Below are positions 21,320 to 29,800 of a stretch of 64,000 bases of DNA, piece by piece (position 1 is the stretch's first letter; the number at the start of each line of letters is the position of its first letter). This stretch comes from an uncultured delta proteobacterium (GTDB lineage Bacteria > Myxococcota_A > Polyangia > Polyangiales > Polyangiaceae). The notes beneath the pieces were generated by a model. The model was not told the DNA's origin, did not search any database, and saw nothing but the letters and a program-made list of their open reading frames with translations. A program made the position numbers and the translations under genes. The stretch is taken from positions 64,001 through 128,000 of the forward strand of contig CAWKKR010000004.1 in NCBI GenBank assembly GCA_963850305.1, written 5' to 3'.

Positions 21320-21508
21320 GCCCTCACCCATTCCCGCAGGCGTCGCCATGGCGCCTCGCGTCGTTTACCTTGCCACCCGCTCGGTGGGTGCGCCCTAGCG
21401 GCGAACATGCCGAAATCGCCCTGACTGGAGGAACCGAAGGTCTTCGCGCACTTGCGCCTCGGACGCGACTGGGATACTTCGCGGGCTCCCGACGGGGAAA
21501 CGAGGCGA

Positions 21509-22123
21509 ATGGCAGACGCGAGGGATCCGATGGGATGGGACGTGCGGATGGCCGTGCTCGCGATTGCATTCGCGGCGCCCGGGCTCGTCTCGCGGCCGGC
21601 CCTGGCGGAAGAGCCGCCGGCCCCGGCAACCGCGCCAGCGCCAGCCGCAGACTCGGCCACGGCTGGCCCCACGACGGACCTGGTCGACAAGAAGCCTTCG
21701 AACTACGAGTTCGCCTTCGTGTCCGTCGCCGCCTACCAGAATTGGACGCTGGTCGACCGCGTCCTTTTCTTCGGCGCGGGCGGCGGACTCGGCCCACCCC
21801 TCTACAGGTACTCGAAACTCGGCAGCAACAAGGCCGGCTGGGATCCGGACCTCGACATTGCATATGCCAACGTCTACCTGCGAGTCGCCGCCTCCCGCTT
21901 CGTCGACATCGATGTCGGACCCAAGATCGCGATCGGCAGCGCGCTCTACAACGTCAAGGACCCGCCGCAGAGCGCATTCTCGTTCGGTGGCTACGTCGAT
22001 CTGCGCGTCGGATCCCCGACGATAAAGTTCGGGCCCCGGTTCGAGTTCGATCACGTCGCTTACTCGGACTACTCCGAGACGGGCTGGCGGATCACGCCGC
22101 TCCTCCTTCGAATCGTTCACTGA
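21509..22123 (+). CDS. Hypothetical exported protein, possibly a small outer-membrane beta-barrel
   Basis: Signal peptide ending ALA-EE, Pro/Ala linker, then alternating amphipathic strands rich in aromatics; start codon uncertain. Confidence 0.55.
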   Translation: MADARDPMGWDVRMAVLAIAFAAPGLVSRPALAEEPPAPATAPAPAADSATAGPTTDLVDKKPSNYEFAFVSVAAYQNWTLVDRVLFFGAGGGLGPPLYRYSKLGSNKAGWDPDLDIAYANVYLRVAASRFVDIDVGPKIAIGSALYNVKDPPQSAFSFGGYVDLRVGSPTIKFGPRFEFDHVAYSDYSETGWRITPLLLRIVH

Positions 22124-22151
22124 GCGGCCCTTCCAGGTTGAACCATCCGAG

Positions 22152-22931
22152 ATGGCCGCCGACGTCTCGACCCTTTTCGATCTGACGGGCCGCGTCGCCG
22201 TGGTCACGGGTGCGTCGTCCGGGCTCGGGGTGACGTTCGCGCAGGGCCTCGCCGGAGCGGGGGCACGCGTCGTCGTCGCAGCGCGAAGACGGGAGCGAAT
22301 CGAGGCCCTTGCGAAAGATCTCATCGCAACCGGACACGAATCGGTCGCCGTCGAATGCGACATCGCGGATGCCGGTTCGGTCGATCGCCTCGTGGAAGCC
22401 ACGCTGGCGCGATTCGGACGCGTCGATGTGCTCGTGAACAACGCCGGGCGGGCAAACGTTGCGCCCGCGGCGGCCGAGAGCGCGGAGGATTTCCGGAGCG
22501 TGCTCGAAGTGAACCTCGTCGGCGCATTCGTGTGTGCACAGAGATTCGGCCGCGTGATGCTCGAACGGAAGAAGGGCACGATCGTCAACGTCGCGTCGGT
22601 CTTCGGCCTCGTCGCTTCGGGACTCATTCCACAGGCGTCGTACAGCGCCTCCAAGGGTGGGCTCGTCAACCTGACACGCGAGCTCGCGGCACAGTGGGCA
22701 CGCCTCGGCGTTCGCGTGAACGGCATCGCACCCGGATTCTTTCCGAGCGAGATGACATCGGACATGTTCGGGGCCGAGGACGGCGTCCGATTCATCCGGC
22801 GCCGCACGCCGATGGGGAGAGCCGGGGAGCCCCGCGAACTGCTCGGCGCGATGCTGTTTCTCGCGTCCGACGCGAGCAGCTACGTCACGGGGCAGACGAT
22901 CGCGGTCGACGGTGGCTGGACGATTGTCTGA
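22152..22931 (+). CDS. Short-chain dehydrogenase/reductase
   Basis: TGASSGLG, NNAG, YSASK, PG.F, VDGG. Confidence 0.92.
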   Translation: MAADVSTLFDLTGRVAVVTGASSGLGVTFAQGLAGAGARVVVAARRRERIEALAKDLIATGHESVAVECDIADAGSVDRLVEATLARFGRVDVLVNNAGRANVAPAAAESAEDFRSVLEVNLVGAFVCAQRFGRVMLERKKGTIVNVASVFGLVASGLIPQASYSASKGGLVNLTRELAAQWARLGVRVNGIAPGFFPSEMTSDMFGAEDGVRFIRRRTPMGRAGEPRELLGAMLFLASDASSYVTGQTIAVDGGWTIV

Positions 22932-22943
22932 AGTCCGTCCGCC

Positions 22944-22958
22944 TTTACACTTCTTCAC
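22944..22958. promoter_or_regulatory. Candidate CpxR/OmpR-type tandem binding box
   Basis: TTTAC-N5-TTCAC (reverse GTGAA-N5-GTAAA), one mismatch to GTAAA-N5-GTAAA, about 80 bp upstream of a Spy/CpxP-like gene that precedes an OmpR-family regulator. Confidence 0.55.
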
Positions 22959-23035
22959 CGAGGCGCCGGCAGCCTCTTAACGTTGGTGCCGCATCCTGAG
23001 CTCGCCGCCACGAAGAAGCGGCAAAGGAGACCAGG

Positions 23036-23497
23036 ATGTTTGGATTTTTGATCGGTACGGCTTGCGCATTCGGGGTCGCCGCCCTGGCGGCGCGGAGGCA
23101 CCACCGCTTCCACCACCACGGCCGGGGTCATCACGGCCGCGGGTTCCGCAGACGGTGGATGCGGCGCGTCTTCGAACGCCTGGACACGACGCCGGGACAG
23201 GAAAAGGTCATCGCGACGGCCATCGACGACTTCAGGGAGTACGCCGCTGCCGCGAAAGAGAACCTGGAAGACACCCGAAAGAAGGTCGCCGAGGCCATCG
23301 ACGCGGAGCACCTCGACGAACGCGAGTTCGGCCACATCTTCGACGAGCCGCTCGAGCGCCTCCGCGAAATCCGCGACGAGTTCGCGAAGACCGTGACCAC
23401 CATTCACGAGACGCTCACGCCTCGGCAGCGAGAGCAACTCTCGGGCGTCATAGGGCGGGGCACGCGCTGGGGCTTCCACCCCCGGCACGCGTGCTGA
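23036..23497 (+). CDS. Spy/CpxP-like (periplasmic heavy-metal sensor family) protein
   Basis: Hydrophobic N-terminus, His-rich stretch, LDTTPGQ and LTPRQREQ (LTxxQ motifs). Confidence 0.75.
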   Translation: MFGFLIGTACAFGVAALAARRHHRFHHHGRGHHGRGFRRRWMRRVFERLDTTPGQEKVIATAIDDFREYAAAAKENLEDTRKKVAEAIDAEHLDEREFGHIFDEPLERLREIRDEFAKTVTTIHETLTPRQREQLSGVIGRGTRWGFHPRHAC

Positions 23498-23516
23498 GAC
23501 GGAACGAACGCGAGTC

Positions 23517-23544
23517 CGGCGGGGCGGACGACGCCGCCCCGCCG
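23517..23544 (+). terminator. Perfect 11-bp intergenic hairpin (attenuator or mRNA stabiliser)
   Basis: CGGCGGGGCGG-ACGACG-CCGCCCCGCCG. Confidence 0.5.
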
Positions 23545-23575
23545 CGGGCCTCGAGCCTGATAGGCTGAGGGAATC

Positions 23576-24256
23576 GTGGCACGAGTCCTCGTCATCGATG
23601 ACGACGTCCGGTTGTTCGAGCTTCTGTCGAGTTATCTCGATGAGAACGGCGTGGGGACCGCGCACGCCATGGACGGTCCGCATGGCCTCGATGCGCTCGA
23701 GCGAGACGCTTTCGACGCGGTGCTGCTCGACGTGATGATGCCCGGCATGGACGGCCTGGCGGTGCTCCGCAAAATCCGCGAGCGGCGTGCAGTGCCGGTC
23801 ATCATGCTCACCGCCAAGGGCGACGAGACCGACCGCGTCGTCGGCCTCGAGCTGGGCGCTGATGACTATCTCGCCAAGCCGTTCAGCCCGCGCGAGCTCC
23901 TTGCGCGACTGCGAGCGGTGCTGAGGCGCGCGCAACCGGACGCCATCGGACAGCGACTCTCGAACGGCGACGTCACGGTCGACGTGCCGTCGAGGCTGGC
24001 GGCGGTCCGCGGGGAGCCGGTCGAGCTCACTGGACTCGAGTTCGATTTGCTCGTCGCACTGATGCGGCGAGCCGGACGCGTGGTGCCGCGCACGGTGCTG
24101 CTCGAAGAAGCGGGGCGAAGCGACGTCACCGTGAGCGAGCGCACCGTCGACGTCCACATCTCGAACCTACGGAAGAAACTCGGCGACCGCGAGCGCGAAC
24201 GTCCCATGATCCGAGCCGTGCGGGGCGTCGGCTACGTGCTGTCGAAGGATGCATGA
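23576..24256 (+). CDS. OmpR-family response regulator (CpxR-like)
   Basis: VIDDD, LLDVMMP, MLTAKG, GADDYLAKPF, RTVDVHISNLRKK, VRGVGY. Confidence 0.95.
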   Translation: MARVLVIDDDVRLFELLSSYLDENGVGTAHAMDGPHGLDALERDAFDAVLLDVMMPGMDGLAVLRKIRERRAVPVIMLTAKGDETDRVVGLELGADDYLAKPFSPRELLARLRAVLRRAQPDAIGQRLSNGDVTVDVPSRLAAVRGEPVELTGLEFDLLVALMRRAGRVVPRTVLLEEAGRSDVTVSERTVDVHISNLRKKLGDRERERPMIRAVRGVGYVLSKDA

Positions 24257-25307
24257 AGCGGCACCGGGAGCTCCCCGAACACTGGCACCATCGTCACCGC
24301 CACCGGTTCGGGCCCCGCGGCGCGCCGCTCCACCGTCGCATCTTCTGGTGGTTCGGGCTCACCATCCTGTCCATGGGGGCGGTCACGTCGTGCGTGGCGC
24401 GGCTCCTCGCTCCCGGAGGGACGACGCTGAGGGCGCATGCCCTGCTCGCTTTCGTCACGAGCGGCGTCACGCTTTGGCTCGCGTCGTTCATCGTCGCGCG
24501 GCGGATCGGCAGACCGCTCCGCGAACTCGCGATCGTCGCGCGCGAAATCGGTGAAGGCAAGCTCGGGAGCCGCGTGCAGGTCGGCTGGCATCAGCCAGGC
24601 GAGGTCGGGATGGTCGCGGAGTCCATCAACGACATGGCGGCACGCATCGAGAAGCAATTGTCGGATCAGCGCGAGCTCGTCGCGGCCGTGTCACACGAGA
24701 TCCGTGCGCCCCTCTCCCGCCTGCGGGTCCTGGTGGAGCTGGTGCGCGAGCGCGGCGCCGACGACGCAACCCTCGCGAAGCTCGACCGCGAGATCGTCGA
24801 GATCGACTCGCTCGTCGGCGATCTCCTCGCCAGCTCCCGGCTCGAATTCGCGCTCGTTCAGTTCCGGGGACTCGACGCGGCGGCGCTCGCCGCGGAAGCG
24901 CTCGACCGAGCCGGGCTGCCCGCGGACCGACTGATCGTCCAGACCACGGACACGCGGTTCGAAGGCGATGCCACCCTCGTCGCCCGGGCCCTCGCGAATC
25001 TGCTCGAAAACGCCGCCCGCCATGGGAACGGCGCGACGCGGATCGTCGTCCGGGACGGCGACGCTCGGACAGTCGCGATCGAGGTGGAGGACGACGGACC
25101 AGGTTTCTCGCCGGACGTGCTCCCTCGCGCGTTCGAGGCGTTCCAGCGTGGACAGGTGGAGAGGCGCGGCTCGACTTCGCTGGGACTCGGGCTTGCGCTG
25201 GTGAGGCGCATCGCGGACGCTCACGAAGGTACGGTCAAGGCGGAGAACCGGGCAGAGGGGGGGCGCGGGTCGTGCTCGCCCTGTGTCGACAGCCCCGAAC
25301 GTCGTGA
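24253..25307 (+). CDS. HAMP sensor histidine kinase (frameshift in a G7 run near the 3' end)
   Basis: Two TMs, HAMP, SHEIRAPL, NLLENA, DDGPG, GLGLA. One extra G at 25257-25263 gives EGGARVVLAL...stop at 25307, just before cls. Confidence 0.88.
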
Positions 25308-25319
25308 ATCCCCTCCCCC

Positions 25320-26744
25320 ATGCAATCCATCGTCGACCTCCTCCTCGGGCGCGCCAATCTCGGGTGGTTCGGGTCACTCACTGCCGTATCCCAGATCATC
25401 GCGCTGCTCACGATCCCGTCGGTGCTGCTCCGGCGGCAGGGACGCCCCCGCTCGGCGCTGAGCTGGCTCTTGATGATGTTCGCACTTCCGGCGATAGGAG
25501 TGGTCGGGTGGTGGGCGTTCGGGCGTACGAGCATCCTCAGGCGGCGACGGCGACGAGTCGAAAGCACCCGGGCCTTCGTGGAGCGCTACGGTCGCGCCCA
25601 CTCCGAGGGACCGACCCCGTTCGACGGCCTCCTTCCCCCCGCCGCGCTCGGCGATTCCATTTTCACCAGCACCGGGAACGGAGTGGACCTGCTCTTCGAC
25701 GGTCCGACGGCCTTCCCGGCGATGGAAGAAGCCGTTCGAGGCGCGAAGCGGACGGTTCACGTCATGTTCTATATGTTCCGCAACGACGACACGGGCCGTC
25801 ACTTCCGCGACCTGCTCGTCGAACGCGCGCGAGCCGGCGTCATGGTCCGCGTGCTGGTGGACGCCTGGGGGACCCCGCGCTTCACGGGTTCGTTCAGCAA
25901 TCCTCTCCGGGAAGCGGGCGCCAAAGTCGCGGCCTTCCTGCCATCTCATTTCATGCCGCTCCTCGCTCCCCGGTTCAACTTCGCGAACCACCGGAAGCTC
26001 CTGATCGTGGACGAGTCCGTGGCGTTCGTGGGCGGGATGAACATCGGCGACGAGTATCGGTTGCGCTGGCGCGACGTGATGGCGCGCTTGAAGGGTCCGT
26101 CCGTGCGGGCTCTCGATCACGTGTTCCTGGACGATTGGTTCTTTGCGAGCGGCGATGACGTCGCTTACGCGGAGGCCGACAGCGGCGGACCGTACGGCGA
26201 CGTGGCCTGTGCGGTGGTCGCGAGCGGCCCCGACCGAGCGGCGTACATTCACGACGCGTATTTCTTGCTCTTCACGCGCGCCACTCGGCGCATCTGGATC
26301 GTCACGCCGTATTTCATTCCGAGCGACCCGATCGCAACCGCGCTTAGAACGTCGTCGAGCCGGGGCATCGACGTGCGCCTACTCGTGCCGCTGAGCTCGG
26401 ACGTCGGCGTCGTGAAGCACGCGGCACGCTCGTACTATCCGGAGCTCCTCGCTGCGGGCGCGAGGATCTACGAATACGAGGGCCCGATGCTGCACGCGAA
26501 GGCGTTCATCGTGGACGAGGACATCTCCGCCTTCGGTTCTGCGAACGTCGATTCGCGTAGCTTCCGGCTCAGTTTCGAGATCAGCTGCTTCGTGAAGGAT
26601 CGCGCAAAGAACCGACAGATAACGGGCTGGTTCGAAGATCTCCTCGCCGATTCCCACGAGGTCACCCTCGCCGAATGCGAGGCTCGCTCGACGGGGGAGA
26701 AGCTGCTCGAGTCCGCGGCGCACCTGCTGAGCCCGATGCTTTGA
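25320..26744 (+). CDS. cls: Cardiolipin synthase
   Basis: N-terminal TMs (PLDc_N) and two HKD motifs, NHRKLLIVD and LHAKAFIVD. Confidence 0.92.
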   Translation: MQSIVDLLLGRANLGWFGSLTAVSQIIALLTIPSVLLRRQGRPRSALSWLLMMFALPAIGVVGWWAFGRTSILRRRRRRVESTRAFVERYGRAHSEGPTPFDGLLPPAALGDSIFTSTGNGVDLLFDGPTAFPAMEEAVRGAKRTVHVMFYMFRNDDTGRHFRDLLVERARAGVMVRVLVDAWGTPRFTGSFSNPLREAGAKVAAFLPSHFMPLLAPRFNFANHRKLLIVDESVAFVGGMNIGDEYRLRWRDVMARLKGPSVRALDHVFLDDWFFASGDDVAYAEADSGGPYGDVACAVVASGPDRAAYIHDAYFLLFTRATRRIWIVTPYFIPSDPIATALRTSSSRGIDVRLLVPLSSDVGVVKHAARSYYPELLAAGARIYEYEGPMLHAKAFIVDEDISAFGSANVDSRSFRLSFEISCFVKDRAKNRQITGWFEDLLADSHEVTLAECEARSTGEKLLESAAHLLSPML

Positions 26745-26889
26745 CCCCTCCCGACTCCCCCGGCTGCAATATTCCGGAGAGACGGAAAAGATCCGACTGT
26801 TCTCATGTCGAATCGACATCCCCGGGCCTGCCAGCGCCACCAAGTTCCCGTAAAATCACGCACCTCGAACACCCGGAGTTGTGGCGACG

Positions 26890-29800
26890 ATGGACGCAGA
26901 TCTCCTCACGTTGTGCGCTGAGCTCGAGCGCGCCTTCGATCTCGACGAGCTGAAGACAATGAGCCGAGACGTCCTCGGCATGGACCCGGACGCCGTCGGC
27001 GGGGTCTCCGCTCTGGGGTCGTTCGTCAAGGCGCTGACCCAGCGCTGCGTCGAGTCGGATGCGGTGGTTGCGCTCTGCGATGCCATGGCGGCGGCGCGGG
27101 AGGATCTCGATCCGCGCGTGACTGAGCTTCGGTCGCACGGCGTGACTGGCGACGGCGACCTCGAGCTCGGCGACGACTTCGGACCGTACCTCGTGCTGCG
27201 CCGACTCGGACATGGACGACTCGGCACGGTGTACCTCGCACGATACGAAGGCACGGACGTTCGCCTCAAGGTGCTGCGCCGCGAGGCCACGTACGATCGA
27301 GTCGGTCTGCAGCGATTCCTTGCGGCCAGTCGCCTGGCCGGATCGGTCAGGCACGACGGGTTGCCGGGACACGTGGTGGCCGGCGACATAGAGGGCAGAT
27401 ATTTCGTGGCGCACCGGCATGTCGAGGGACAGACGCTCGCCGCCCGCATAGCGCGGACCGGCGCGATGCACATCGAGGAGGCGCGCGGCGTCTTGCAGGG
27501 CATCCTTCAGGCTCTCGCCCACCTTCACGACCGGCGCCTCGTGCACGGCAGTCTGCGGCTCGAGAACATCCTCGTCGGCACCGCGAAGGACGGATCGGAC
27601 GCCGTCGTGTTACTCGACGCGGGAACGTATCATCTCGGGGTCGCGCCGGTGCCGGCGAACGGGCGGAGCGATCGGCTCGCGTCGATGGGCTCTCCTAAGA
27701 CACTGTCCCCCGAACAGATCCAGGGACGCCTCCCGGACGCAAGCAGCGACCTCTACTCGTTCGGGGCCGTGCTGTTCGAGGTGCTGACGGGTCGCCCCGT
27801 GTTCGAGGCGGGCAGCGTCGCCGAAGCGTTCATGGCACACCTGACGCGTGAACCATCGCTCCCGAGCCTCAGCGCGCCCGCCGGCTGGGCGGGAGCAGAC
27901 GTCGACGACCTGGTCACGCAGCTGCTGAACAAGGACCCGGAGCATCGCCCGGGAGACGCGCACACGCTCTTTCGAGCGATCGAAATGCTGGGCACCGGTG
28001 GACCCGAGGGGGAACGGATCGACGGGGACGCGCTCGAGGAACGGGTTCGCGAGCTGCTTTCGAACCCGACGGACGCGTTCTGCGAAGAAGAGCTCGTGGG
28101 CGCGATCCGGCAGGGCGGCAGCCCGCGGCGCGTCGCGGAGGCGCTCCGACTCGCCGCCGATCTCGTGGACCCCGACGAGGGCCCGGAGGCGCTCGCCGCT
28201 CAGCGACGACTGCTGTCGCGCGCGGCGCGGCTCTTCGCGACGTCGCTGAAGGAACCGGAATCGGCGGAACCGCTCTATGCACGGCTCGCCCAGATCGATC
28301 CGGATGATGCAGAGACTCAGGCGACGCTCGACCGCCTGCGGCGCCAGCTCGGGAAGCACGAGGACATCGTCGAGGGACTCCTGGAACGGTGCGAGTTGGA
28401 AGAGGATCCTACCGCGCGCGCGCTCCTCTGGTCGCAGATCGGCCGACTCTACACGACGGAGCTCGGCGACGCCAATCAGGCGATGGTCGCCTTCATTCAG
28501 GCGTTCTGCGCGGACCCCCTGACGCCTGCCTACGCGATGGAAGTCGAGCGCCTGGCCAAGAGCCCAGACGCCTGGAGCGACGTGCTGCAGGAGTGCATGA
28601 ACGCCGCCCACGAGGAGATGCCGGCGGCGGCAAAGCAAGCTCTCTTGCTGCAAATGGCGCGCTGGTACGACTCGAAGATTTCGCGTCCCGATCTGGCCCT
28701 GCCCTGCTACACGGCGGTCCTGTCGACGGATCCCGCGAGCGACGCCGCGCTCGACGGCCTCTGCACGATTTACCGCAAGGCACAGCAATGGTCCGAGCTC
28801 GGGCAAGCGCTGCTCCTCCGCGCGGATCTCCGGTCCACGCCGGCGTCGATCGCGCGCGATCTGCGCGTCGAATCCGCCGAGATCTTGGAGAATCGCCTCG
28901 GCGCCTCGGAGGCGGCGAAGGAGATCTACGAACGCGTTCTGAAGGAGGACCCGTCGCACGAAGCCGCGTGCGATGCCCTGGTTCAGCTCTACGAGAAAGC
29001 CGGCGATTTCCCGAAGTTCGTCGCGACACTCGAATCGAGAGCGCGAGCGCTCCAGGGCGACGAGCGACGCGCCACGATGTTCCGGATCGCGGAAGCGACG
29101 GAACTCTACATCAAGGACATTCCCGACGCGATACGCCGCTACCAGCTCGTCGTGTCCGAAGATCCGAAGCACATCGACGCTCTCCACGGGCTCGACCGCT
29201 GTTACAGCCAGGCGGGGCGCTTTCGCGATCTCGTGCACAACCTCGAGCAGCAAATTGCCGCGGCGGCGACACCCCGCCAGAAGATCCAGCTCTGGGAGCG
29301 CGTGGCCGCCGTCTGGGACGAGGAGTTCATCGACCACGGCAAGGCCGCGGAGGCCTGGGAGAACGTCCTCGACCTCGACGCCGAGCACGACGGGGCGCTG
29401 ACGAATCTCGTCCGCCATTACCGTGCCCTCGAGCGCTGGAACGACGTCGTGGTCGTGTATGAGCGCCACATGGAGCTGCTCCAGAAGGACAGGCCCCGCC
29501 AGCTGGAAAAGGCCCTCGGGCTGGGGAAGGTGCTGGCCGACGGTCTCCAGGTTCCGGAGCGTGCCATCGCCGTCTACGAGCGTGCGCTCGCTCTCGACCC
29601 CGGCAACTCCGAAGCCCTCGAGGCACTGGCGGCGCTGCGCGTCGGGACCGGCGAAACGTCGGGCGCCGTGGATGCAATCGAAGCTCTCGCCCGGAAGGCT
29701 CAGACGCCGACGGAACGCTCGGAGCACTTCATTCGTGCTGCGCAGATCCTGGAAGCGCGCGGAGACATGGACGGGGCGATCGAACGCTACAAGCTCGCGG

